Below, in pieces: positions 28,113-36,176 of a stretch of DNA of 37,016 nucleotides (within the stretch, counting starts at the first letter, position 1; every line of letters begins with the position of its first letter). The notes beneath the pieces were generated by a model. It was given only the letters and a program-made list of their open reading frames with translations, ran no database searches and had not been told where the DNA came from. Made by a program: the position numbers and the translations under genes. The DNA is from Candidatus Velthaea sp. (lineage in GTDB: Bacteria > Vulcanimicrobiota > Vulcanimicrobiia > Vulcanimicrobiales > Vulcanimicrobiaceae), in assembly GCA_050012475.1 (NCBI GenBank), contig JBEKHC010000048.1:1-37016 (forward strand), written 5' to 3'.

Positions 28113-30098
28113 GTGTTCTCACGAACGAAATTCCGGCTCGAAAGTTGCGTCCTCGGTCTGTTCGCCTGCCTGGCGGCGGTGGTTCCGCTGGGAGCCGCCT
28201 CGGCTAAGGCCTGGCCGGCCCAACAGCTGACGATTGCGCCGAGCCCTAGCGGCATCCTGGTGCCGCTTCCGAACGGACTGCAAACCAGTGGCATCCGGGG
28301 GCACCGGAAGGTTGTAGCGGACGCCGCTGATCCGTCCGCGCAACCGGTCGGGGCGAGCCGCAGCGGCAAGGCCGTTCGACCGGCACTCACGGCGCAGACG
28401 GGCGGCGTTGCCGCGCCGTTGCATACCGCCGGCGGGATCAGCCGGGTGGCGGTGCCGCTCGGGCTGGTCGCAGGAATGACGGCGGCCGGTCCGGCCGATG
28501 GCCGGGCGTTGCTGCGGATCGCCGTCGAGTACGAACCCAAAGCTGGGCTCGAAGAGCTCGCGGCGTCGATGACCGATCCGGTGTCGCCGGCACACCGCCG
28601 CGCGCTGAGCGGCGATGCGTTCGCCGCGCGGTTTGGGCGCGACGGACGCGACGGCGACGCGTTGGCGGCGTTTCTGCGCGCCAACGCGGTGACCGACATC
28701 TTCATCTCGCGCAATCGGCTCGTGGGCGGCGGGATCATCGACGTTGCCCATGCCCAGCACGCGTTCGGCGCACATTTCGAGCGTTATACGGCGGGGACGC
28801 GAACGGTGATCGCGCCGACGGGCCCGCTGACGCTGCCGCTGCCGAACGTCCGCGACGTTCACGGCGTCGTCGCCGGCAACACGCCGCGGCTGGCCGACGT
28901 GCCGTCGTTCACGCTGTTTCGCGGCGACTGGTACACGCCCGAAAAATTGCGCGAAGCATATCAGGCAGTGCCCAACGGCGGCGGCAACGAGCGCATCGCG
29001 ATCGTCGAAGACGCATCGGACCGTTTCGATCTGCGCGACATCGCGCCGTTTCTGAGCAACGAGGGATCGCCGCCGGGCGCGACGGCGGAACGCGTGATCG
29101 AACGCAGCTTCGCCTTCAAGGCCGCGGCCTCGCAATGCGGCCGCGACGACCGGGGCCAGGAACCGGCGCTCGACGCCGATGCCGCGCTGACGCTGGCGCC
29201 GCTGGCGACGATCGTGCTCGACTACGAGGACGTCTGCTCGGAAGGCAACGACGGAACACTCGCGCTCGAGCGCGCGCTCGACGACCGCGAGCCGCCGACG
29301 GTCGTCGTCTTTCCGTTCACGATCGGACCGGCGCTGGCGCCGATCGCCCAGCTGTACGGCAAACCGTCGATCCCGATGCTCGAAGCGATCGTGCGCGGCA
29401 TTCCGCTCATCGTGCCGGCCGGCGACGACGGCGCCTACGGCTACCGCATCGCCGGCATCGACACCGCGGCCGTCGCCTACCCGTGCGTGTCGACGTACGT
29501 TATCTGCGCGGGCGGCACGCAGGTCGGCGATCGCGACGGGGCCTGGGACGACGCGCCTTGGAACGACGGCGAACACGCGACGGGCGGCGGGATCTCGCTC
29601 GAACCGCGGCCGGCCTGGCAAGACGCCGCCGAGGCCTTCGAGTTTTCTCCTCAGTTCGTGAAGAACCGCATGGTGCCGGATGTGTCGGCCGACGCGGCCG
29701 GGCATTTGCGCATCTATTGGCATGGCTATGGTCTGGGCGGCGTCGGCGGCACCAGCGAGAGCGCTTCGATCGTCGGCGGTCAGCTCGCCGCGATCAATTC
29801 GTTCGTGCCCGCCGCGAAGCGGCTGACGATCGCGGGCGACTTGTACGCGCTCGACAAAATAGCGCCCAAAGCGTTTCGCGACGTGCAGCGCGAGAACGAT
29901 CGCGGTTACAGCGACAACACGCTGCGCCCGCGGCCGCTGCCGTTACCGAAAGACTTTCGCGGCATGATTCCCCCCACGCCGGCGCCGGTCTACGGGTGCC
30001 TGGCGATCGCGCGCGGCTGCACCGCGCGGGTCGGCTACGATGCCGTTTCGGGGATCGGCGTGCTGCTCGAGAAGCCGGCGGTCGACGCGTTGCGCTGA
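28113..30098 (+). CDS. S53 family (sedolisin/kumamolisin-like) peptidase with prodomain
   Basis: GGAG RBS plus GTG 28113 gives a signal peptide ending ..GAASAKA. Catalytic motifs EPALD, AGDDG, GGTS; also VPDVSA and GYDAVSGIG. Confidence 0.82.
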   Translation: MFSRTKFRLESCVLGLFACLAAVVPLGAASAKAWPAQQLTIAPSPSGILVPLPNGLQTSGIRGHRKVVADAADPSAQPVGASRSGKAVRPALTAQTGGVAAPLHTAGGISRVAVPLGLVAGMTAAGPADGRALLRIAVEYEPKAGLEELAASMTDPVSPAHRRALSGDAFAARFGRDGRDGDALAAFLRANAVTDIFISRNRLVGGGIIDVAHAQHAFGAHFERYTAGTRTVIAPTGPLTLPLPNVRDVHGVVAGNTPRLADVPSFTLFRGDWYTPEKLREAYQAVPNGGGNERIAIVEDASDRFDLRDIAPFLSNEGSPPGATAERVIERSFAFKAAASQCGRDDRGQEPALDADAALTLAPLATIVLDYEDVCSEGNDGTLALERALDDREPPTVVVFPFTIGPALAPIAQLYGKPSIPMLEAIVRGIPLIVPAGDDGAYGYRIAGIDTAAVAYPCVSTYVICAGGTQVGDRDGAWDDAPWNDGEHATGGGISLEPRPAWQDAAEAFEFSPQFVKNRMVPDVSADAAGHLRIYWHGYGLGGVGGTSESASIVGGQLAAINSFVPAAKRLTIAGDLYALDKIAPKAFRDVQRENDRGYSDNTLRPRPLPLPKDFRGMIPPTPAPVYGCLAIARGCTARVGYDAVSGIGVLLEKPAVDALR

Positions 30099-30117
30099 AT
30101 GCGTCGGCGGCGCTGCT

Positions 30118-30948
30118 CTATATCGAGGCGCGACGTCGTCGCAGCGCGCTGATGCCGATCGCTGCAAAGAAAATCAGCGTCGCGAGCAGCACGATCGTCG
30201 CGCCGCTCGCCGAGCGCAACTCATACGAGAGATACAAACCGCCCACCGACGAAATGACTCCGAACAGCCCGGAGAGCACCATCATCGGCACAAACCGTTT
30301 CGTCAGCTGAGCGGCCGCAGCCGCCGGCGTCACGAGCAGCGCGGCGACGAGGATGATGCCGACCGACTGCAATGAGACGATGATCGTAAGCGACAGCAGC
30401 ACCAGCAGCACGTCGTCGACGAACGTTGCGCGGATGCCGGTGGCTTGCGCGACTACCGGATCGAACGACGTGTACAGCAGCGGCCGGTACAACGCGGCGA
30501 CGGTGAAGGCCACGAGCACGGCCAGCACAACGATCATCACGAGGTCGCCGCGCGAGACGCCCAGGATGTCGCCGAACAGATAGCTTTGCAAATCGACGGT
30601 CGATTTGGTCGACTGGCTCATGAGAAAGATGCCCAGCGCGAACGCGCCCGTGAACAGCACGCCGATCGACGTATCGAGCGAAACCTTCGCGCGCCGATGC
30701 ACGAAGCCAATGCCCAGCGCCGTGATGACGGCCACGACGCCGGCCCCGAACGCGTAATTCAAGCCGCGCAGATACGCGATGACGATGCCGGCGAACGACG
30801 CGTGCGCCAAACCGTCGCCGATGAACGAGAGTTTGCGCAGCACGACGTACGTGCCCATCATCGAGCACAACAGCCCGACGACGAGCGCGGCAACGAACGC
30901 GCGCTGCATGAACTCGTAGGCAAACGGCGCCAGGATGCCGTCCATCAC
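30118..30948 (-). CDS. Mn/Zn/Fe ABC transporter permease (ZnuB/MntB family)
   Basis: GTYVVLRKLSFIGDGLAHASFAG, YLFGDIL, SFDP and VGIILVAALLVTPAAAA. Confidence 0.93.
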   Translation of the reverse strand: MMDGILAPFAYEFMQRAFVAALVVGLLCSMMGTYVVLRKLSFIGDGLAHASFAGIVIAYLRGLNYAFGAGVVAVITALGIGFVHRRAKVSLDTSIGVLFTGAFALGIFLMSQSTKSTVDLQSYLFGDILGVSRGDLVMIVVLAVLVAFTVAALYRPLLYTSFDPVVAQATGIRATFVDDVLLVLLSLTIIVSLQSVGIILVAALLVTPAAAAAQLTKRFVPMMVLSGLFGVISSVGGLYLSYELRSASGATIVLLATLIFFAAIGISALRRRRASI

Positions 30949-31148
30949 GATTGCGCGCGTCCAGCGAACAATTGGCCGTCGAGGAGCGATGCTTCGGTGG
31001 CCACCGCGCGCCCGACGATCGGCTGGAGCAGCGTCGAATCGCCCGGCCCGGTGGCCCCGATCCGGCGTGGAACCACCTGGTTTGCGTCGCCAAGGACGAC
31101 GGCCCGCTCATCCTGCAAACGCACGTCCGGTGCTTCGAGGGCGATCAC
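30945..31148 (-). pseudogene. Vestigial ABC ATPase (ZnuC/MntA-like), 67-aa mini-ORF
   Basis: MIALEAPDVRL...VVLGDANQVVPRRIGATGPGDSTLLQPIVG resembles an ATPase N-terminus with a decayed Walker A (GPNGAGKSTLL). It occupies the ATPase position with GTGA overlaps on both sides. Confidence 0.6.
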
Positions 31149-31240
31149 GTGAGGGCGCTGAGGATCGGGTCGATGTCGTCGTCGATCATTCCAAAGTAAT
31201 CGGCTACCTTCGGGTCGGTGCCGACGGAGTCATCGTTCAT
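31145..31240 (-). pseudogene. Vestigial metal ABC substrate-binding protein (C-terminal ~30 aa)
   Basis: MNDDSVGTDPKVADYFGMIDDDIDPILSALT resembles the ZnuA/MntC C-terminus (D-S-l-G...Y..M...I..AL); GAGG RBS before ATG. Confidence 0.6.
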
Positions 31241-31362
31241 CGTCGCGCCTCGTGAACGATTTTCTCGCAGATCCCCCTTCGAAGCAGCGCCGGGATCCAC
31301 TGCTTGCGACGGCCGGCCGGCGGTTCGAGCGAGGCCGGCGTCGACTTTCCGATCGCCCAGCC

Positions 31363-32001
31363 TCAGCCGGGGTGCGGATGAAGTCGGAGAAAAGCGGCGG
31401 CGGCATCGGCGGCCCGCCGTGCTATCTCCTTGGGAGTGGGCCGGTCGACGACGCGAAGCAGCAGGTTGAGCATGGTGCTCCGCCACAGCAATCCCGCGAA
31501 CTCATCGGCCATATCCGCGGCGTGGCCACGGATGATATTCGCAGACTGCGCTCGTGTCAGTATCGCAGACAAGGCCGCCCGGCTCGCCTCCCGCGCAACA
31601 GAGTCGAGCGCCCGCGCGACTTCGGGCGCGCGCACCGCCTCAGCGATGGCAAGACGGAACACGGCAATGACGGTGGGATCGCTGACCTCGCGCATCAGTT
31701 GTGCCCCGAAGGCGGTGAGCGCTGCCTCGAGCGCATTCCGATCGCGGAGCTCAGGTATATCAGCGGGCATCGGCAAGCGCGCTGCACGCTGGGTGATGCA
31801 CGCGACGAGCATAGCCTGCTTGTTGCCGACCAACTCGTACAGCGAGCGTTTCGAGACACGGGCTCGCGTCGCGATTTCGAGCGTGCTGGTTTGCGCATAG
31901 CCGCCTTCCATGAACGCGGCAAAGGCCGCTTCGAGGATGCGCCTTCGGACCGCGTCCTCCGTATCTTCCTCGCGCGATTTGGGCATCGATCGCGTTGCCA
32001 T
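31363..32001 (-). CDS. TetR/AcrR family regulator
   Basis: RRRILEAAFAAF...GYAQTSTLEIATRARVSKRSLYELVGNK HTH; AGGGGG RBS. Confidence 0.9.
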   Translation of the reverse strand: MATRSMPKSREEDTEDAVRRRILEAAFAAFMEGGYAQTSTLEIATRARVSKRSLYELVGNKQAMLVACITQRAARLPMPADIPELRDRNALEAALTAFGAQLMREVSDPTVIAVFRLAIAEAVRAPEVARALDSVAREASRAALSAILTRAQSANIIRGHAADMADEFAGLLWRSTMLNLLLRVVDRPTPKEIARRAADAAAAFLRLHPHPG

Positions 32002-32009
32002 GTTCCCCC

Positions 32010-32063
32010 TTGACGCAGACGGTACCATCCGGTACCATCTTCGGTACCACTTAGTACCAGTAC
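32010..32063 (+). promoter_or_regulatory. Promoter TTGACG-17-TACCAT overlapped by two TetR operators, GGTACCATCCGGTACC (32021-32036) and GGTACCACTTAGTACC (32043-32058)
   Basis: Repeated GTACC units in the divergent tetR/nmrA gap. Confidence 0.75.
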
Positions 32064-32083
32064 GACGCACGAAGGGCAGAGTC

Positions 32084-33007
32084 ATGGCGCAAATACCAAT
32101 TCTCGTTACCGGAGCAGCCGGCGGCAGACAAGGCAAGACCGGCAAGCACGTCGCTGAAATGCTGCTGGCACGCGGGCTTCCGGTGCGGGCTTTCGTCCAC
32201 GGCATCGATGAGCGCTCGGACCGCTTGGCGGCACTCGGAGCCGAGATCTTCGCGGGTGACCTCCTCGACATCCGCTCCGTCCAGCGGGCGGCGCAGGGTG
32301 TTTCCTCCATCTATTTCGCCTACCCGGTGATGGATGGCTTGCTCGACGCGACCGCGGCCATGGCCCTCGCAGCACGTGAGGCGGGCGTCTCGCGTCTGGT
32401 CAATCTGGTCATGTTGCAGTCCTCGCCCGATGCGCCAACGCCGCGCATGCGCCAGAATTATCTGTCCGAACAAATCTTCGACTGGGCCACGATCGGAGCC
32501 GTGCACGTCCGCGCCACCGTGTTTTATGAAAACCTGCGCGCCCTGGTGAGCACGAGCCTGCCGGCGCAAGGCGCGATCCGCTTACCGTGGGGCAGCGAGA
32601 ATACGATGCTGCCGCTGGTCGCGGCACAAGATGTTGCGCGCGTTTCCGCCGGCTTGCTGACGCAGCCGTCGCTCGTGCCCGGCACGCACTATCCGTTGGT
32701 CGGAAGCGTGCTCGCTTTGCGTGACATCATCGCATCGTTCCGAAACGTTCTCGGTACCCACGTTTCCTACGAGGAGATTTCCGACGAACAGTGGCGCAGC
32801 GATGCGCTCGCGCGCGGCTACAATCAGCACGCGGTCGACCATCTTTCGCATCTCTGGCGCGCGCTTCGCGCAGCCGGTTCCGACCTCAAGCGCGAGCGCT
32901 ACGCGGTCACGGATCTGATCGAAACGCTCGGCGGCACGAAGCCGAAAACGTTCGAGGATTTCCTGCGCGAAGACCGTGACACCATCGGCGTCCATTCAGC
33001 GGCCTGA
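32084..33007 (+). CDS. NmrA-like NAD(P)-binding protein
   Basis: ILVTGAAGGRQGKTG, VRAFV, GDLLD and VAAQDVARV; AAGGG RBS. Confidence 0.88.
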   Translation: MAQIPILVTGAAGGRQGKTGKHVAEMLLARGLPVRAFVHGIDERSDRLAALGAEIFAGDLLDIRSVQRAAQGVSSIYFAYPVMDGLLDATAAMALAAREAGVSRLVNLVMLQSSPDAPTPRMRQNYLSEQIFDWATIGAVHVRATVFYENLRALVSTSLPAQGAIRLPWGSENTMLPLVAAQDVARVSAGLLTQPSLVPGTHYPLVGSVLALRDIIASFRNVLGTHVSYEEISDEQWRSDALARGYNQHAVDHLSHLWRALRAAGSDLKRERYAVTDLIETLGGTKPKTFEDFLREDRDTIGVHSAA

Positions 33008-33120
33008 GTTCCGGCCGTTCCTACAACTCCCCCAGACAAAAAGATGTGGACCGATCTGGGCGGACCACACAATTTTCGCTAACGTCAATCGAGCGTTGAA
33101 GCTCGGGAAAGAGCCTTACC

Positions 33121-33636
33121 ATGTCTGTGCAAGCTGCCTTCGGGATCAGCGTCGTTTTTAGCCTCAGTGTGTGGGGAATGGTCGTCGCACGATACATTTG
33201 GCCCGCGCTGCGCCGTCAATCGCGCACCGATGCGCTGCGGATCCTCCTGACCCTCCACAGTTTCCGCTTTATCGGTCTGGCCTTCATCGTTCCCGGTGTG
33301 GTGTCGTCCGAATTGCCGGCGGCTTTCGCGCGTCCGGCTGCATACGGGGATCTCGTCGCCACCGTACTCGCGTTGCTTTCCATCGCGGCACTGAATAGCA
33401 GATTCGGCGCCGTGCTGGTCTGGGTATTTAGTGTCTGGGGCACGGCAGATCTGCTCAATGCGTTCTACCAGGCCATTCACTCGGGATTGTCGCCGGGCCG
33501 GTTCGGCGCCGCCTATTTCCTGGTGACCTTGGTCGTACCGCTGCTGCTGATCACGCATGGGTTCATCGTCCGACTGCTGCTGCAAGGCGATCGCGCGAAC
33601 GTCGTCGAGCATCGGGCCGTAGCGGCCCCGACCTGA
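33121..33636 (+). CDS. Hypothetical membrane protein
   Basis: About 5 hydrophobic segments with HSFRFIGL, AYGDL and WGTADLLNA motifs; downstream of the NmrA-like gene. Confidence 0.8.
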   Translation: MSVQAAFGISVVFSLSVWGMVVARYIWPALRRQSRTDALRILLTLHSFRFIGLAFIVPGVVSSELPAAFARPAAYGDLVATVLALLSIAALNSRFGAVLVWVFSVWGTADLLNAFYQAIHSGLSPGRFGAAYFLVTLVVPLLLITHGFIVRLLLQGDRANVVEHRAVAAPT

Positions 33637-33750
33637 TGATCGAATTCGCGGCGCGCGGATAGACCGAATCGTTCGAACATTATGAAGCTTAGATGCAGCG
33701 GCCCGGATATAAAGCGCAGATCCATCGTCCGGCAAGCGCTAAGCGCACAC

Positions 33751-33786
33751 TTGCCAGATTTATAGACCTCGATCTTTAATCTATAC
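33751..33786 (+). promoter_or_regulatory. vapBC promoter/operator: TTGCCA-18-TTTAAT with TATAGA-N13-TCTATA inverted repeat; probably leaderless
   Basis: AT-rich patch, inverted repeat 33761-33766/33780-33785, ATG 6 nt after the -10, no SD. Confidence 0.55.
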
Positions 33787-34038
33787 ATGGCCCTGAGCAT
33801 AAAGCACCCCGAGGCAGACCGCCTCGCGCGTGAGCTTGCCGCCCGCACGGGCGAAGGGATCACCGAGGCGGTCATCGTTGCGCTCAGAGAACGCCTCGAG
33901 CGCACGAAGCGAGCGCGGCCGACGGGCCTCGAAGAAGAGATCCTGCGCATTAGTCGAGAGTGCGCGGCTCTTCCGGAGCTTGATGCTCGAACCGCGGATG
34001 AAATTCTCGCCTACGGTGCCGATGGACTTCCCCATTGA
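33787..34038 (+). CDS. vapB: VapB antitoxin (Rv0623-like)
   Basis: [37 protein letters not shown]...[10 protein letters not shown]; directly upstream of a PIN toxin. Confidence 0.9.
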   Translation: MALSIKHPEADRLARELAARTGEGITEAVIVALRERLERTKRARPTGLEEEILRISRECAALPELDARTADEILAYGADGLPH

Positions 34039-34041
34039 CCG

Positions 34042-34430
34042 ATGGTCCTCGATACTTCCGCGCTTGTCGCATTGCTTCTGAGTGAACCTGAAGCCGAAGC
34101 GATCGCGGCCGCGATCGTTCACGATCAAACGCGTCTGTGTTCTGCGGTGACGCTCTTCGAGACCAGCATCGTCATCGAAACGCGCCGTGGGCTGGACGGA
34201 CTCGCACGGCTTGACCTTCTCGTCGCCGAGGCGAACTTCGACATCGTCCCGTTTACGCTGCGCGATGCGCGCGCGGCGCGGCGCGCGTATCGTACGTTCG
34301 GCAAAGGCCGTCATCCGGCAGGTCTGAATTTCGGCGACTGCATCGCGTATGCGCGGCGCGTGAGACCGGTGAACCGCTTTTGTATAAGGGTGACGACTTC
34401 GCGAAGACCGGCATTCCCGTAGTTCTCTAA
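34042..34430 (+). pseudogene. vapC: VapC PIN-domain toxin with a 1-nt frameshift near 34353
   Basis: MVLDTSAL...FGKGRHPAGLNFGDCIAYA, then the canonical tail AARETGEPLLYKGDDFAKTGIPVVL* continues in the -1 frame to TAA 34428-34430. Confidence 0.85.
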
Positions 34431-34432
34431 CG

Positions 34433-34478
34433 CGCTGTACTGATCGCTTTCGCAACCCGCTGTACTGACCGCTTTCGC
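34433..34478. repeat. 21-bp tandem direct repeat (period 25, one mismatch)
   Basis: CGCTGTACTGATCGCTTTCGC (34433-34453) and CGCTGTACTGACCGCTTTCGC (34458-34478). Confidence 0.85.
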
Positions 34479-34517
34479 CTGCGTCTGCGCCGCATCGAGA
34501 TCTCGCCGCGCGCGACT

Positions 34518-35567
34518 TTAGATGCTCGCGGGGAGACCGAATCGCTCGAAGGTGGCCTCCAGGCGGCGCGGATCCATCGGTTTGTTCGGAAACCGCGCGT
34601 AGGCGTCGGGATCAGGCGCACCGACGGCACGAACGATGAAGGCGGTTACGTCGCTCACGCGCTCGTCGCGCAGCGTGAGGACGTTGAGCGCGAACGGGAG
34701 ATGAGCTCCAGTACCGTCGTCCCAGGCGTAGAACGCGAGAGCGGGTTGCGCGTTCGCTTCACAGAGCACGGTGCGCCAGCGCCATTCTCCGGAAAGTGCG
34801 AAGGCGCGCGCCCAATCGACGATCGCCGCACGCGGCGCGTACCATGTCGCCAGCGGCGGCATCGCAAAGCTCGCGTCCTCGACCAGCAGCGCGGCGAAAG
34901 CGTCGACATCGCAGCGTTCCCATGCATCGACGTAGCGGGTAACGAGCCGGTGCAGGCCGTCGTCACCGAGCGCGCGCAGCGTCGACTGCTGCGTTCGGGG
35001 AGCGATGCGCTGTTCGACGGTCGCGCGCGCTCGCTGCAGCGCGCTATTGATCGAAGCGACGGAGGTTGCGAGCATCGTTGCGACCTCGGCCGCACTGAAG
35101 CCGAGCACTTCCCGCAAGAGCAACACCGCGCGTTGGTTCGCCGCGAGGTGCTGCAGTGCTGCGACAAAGGCGAGCTCGACGCTTTCGCGCTGTTCGTAGC
35201 TCGCCTCGGGCGTCGCGCGACCGGCCGCCAAACCGGCGCGGTCACTGGGATAGGGTTCGAGCCAGACGGACTCGACGTCGGGCATGCCGGGCGGCGCGTG
35301 CGGCGCTGCCTTCGGACCGAGATCCTGCGGCAGCACGCGCTTGCGTCGACGTTCGAGTTCCGTCAGGCACACGTTGGAAGCAATACGATAGAGCCACGCG
35401 CGCGCCGTCGTATCGTCGCGCAAACCAGCCGCACCGTGCCACGCGCGCACGAGCGTTTCTTGGAGCGCGTCGTCGGCATCGTGCACCGAGCCGAGCATGC
35501 GGTAGCAGTGCGCGTGCAGTTCGGCGCGGTAGGGTGCGATGAGTTCATCGAACCCGATGCCGGTCAA
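34518..35567 (-). CDS. ECF sigma factor with C-terminal SnoaL-like domain (SigG/ECF56-like)
   Basis: HCYRMLGSVHDADDALQE, WLYRIASNVCL, WLEPYP, ESVELAFVAALQHL, SALQRARA and the SnoaL region ..FAMPP..ANAQPA. Confidence 0.9.
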   Translation of the reverse strand: MTGIGFDELIAPYRAELHAHCYRMLGSVHDADDALQETLVRAWHGAAGLRDDTTARAWLYRIASNVCLTELERRRKRVLPQDLGPKAAPHAPPGMPDVESVWLEPYPSDRAGLAAGRATPEASYEQRESVELAFVAALQHLAANQRAVLLLREVLGFSAAEVATMLATSVASINSALQRARATVEQRIAPRTQQSTLRALGDDGLHRLVTRYVDAWERCDVDAFAALLVEDASFAMPPLATWYAPRAAIVDWARAFALSGEWRWRTVLCEANAQPALAFYAWDDGTGAHLPFALNVLTLRDERVSDVTAFIVRAVGAPDPDAYARFPNKPMDPRRLEATFERFGLPASI

Positions 35568-35578
35568 CGGCGAGGTGC

Positions 35579-35971
35579 TCAGCGGCGTTCGACCACCATG
35601 AGCGTGTGACCCGACGGATCGCGGAACCAGAACATCGGCGGCACGGGGTCGCCCATGCGTGAGACCTCGGCGTCGACGTCGATACCGAGTTCGACGAAGC
35701 GCGCGTGCGACGCATCGATGTCCTCGCTGGTGAGCGTGACCCCGGTGTTGGCGGGCACAATCTCCTGCGGCCCGGGCGGCGGCGCGAGCGCGAGACCGGT
35801 CGGCCCGTCCGGCGGATAGACTTCGACCCAGCGATAGCCGTTGCCGAACGCGATATCGGTTCGTTTTTCAAAGCCGAGCGATTCATAGAACGCGACCGCG
35901 CGATCCTGTTCGCGCGTCGGGATGCACACAAGTGAAATCTGCCGGACCGGCGCTACTTTAACCGTGTTCAT
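35579..35971 (-). CDS. VOC/glyoxalase family protein
   Basis: QDRAVAFYESLGF, RWVEV and FWFRDPSGH; AAGGAG RBS. Confidence 0.9.
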   Translation of the reverse strand: MNTVKVAPVRQISLVCIPTREQDRAVAFYESLGFEKRTDIAFGNGYRWVEVYPPDGPTGLALAPPPGPQEIVPANTGVTLTSEDIDASHARFVELGIDVDAEVSRMGDPVPPMFWFRDPSGHTLMVVERR

Positions 35972-36002
35972 GGCGTCTCCTTAACAGGCGATGGTGATGC
36001 CG

Positions 36003-36033
36003 CTATGACCTCGCTTGGGGTTCGAACTCATCG
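36003..36033 (-). promoter_or_regulatory. SigG/ECF56-type promoter CGATGA-N18-GTCATA
   Basis: Minus-strand CGATGA (36033-36028), 18 nt, GTC (36009-36007), upstream of the VOC-sigma operon; resembles the mycobacterial SigG consensus as I recall it. Confidence 0.6.
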
Positions 36034-36176
36034 GTCGATGTCGCTTGCCCGCCAATTATTTTTTCAAAACGCGCGGAGGGGACCTTCGCTCGAGCGCTGC
36101 GAGCCCGCCGTTTTCTCTGGGACGATCACCAAGCAACCGAGTCCGTCTCGAGCTGCATGGTGACTGAGCGCTAGAG

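Noticed and set aside
28250..28390. Hairpin-rich stretch with GGACTGCAAACC (tRNA-Cys-like) and ACCGGAAGGT (SRP-like loop)
   Set aside because: Lacks tRNA arms and the SRP CAGG/AGCAG internal loop; better explained as the S53 N-terminal coding region.
31252..31266. Zur/Fur-like box upstream of the ABC relics
   Set aside because: Only one half-site matches well; mentioned in a finding but not called as a feature.
32021..32063. GGTACC repeats as a CRISPR or iteron array
   Set aside because: Units are too short, there are no spacers and no cas or rep genes; they fit TetR operators.
36017..36029. GGGGTTCGAACTC as a tRNA 3' fragment or att site
   Set aside because: No further tRNA structure; it lies in the spacer of the ECF-type promoter.
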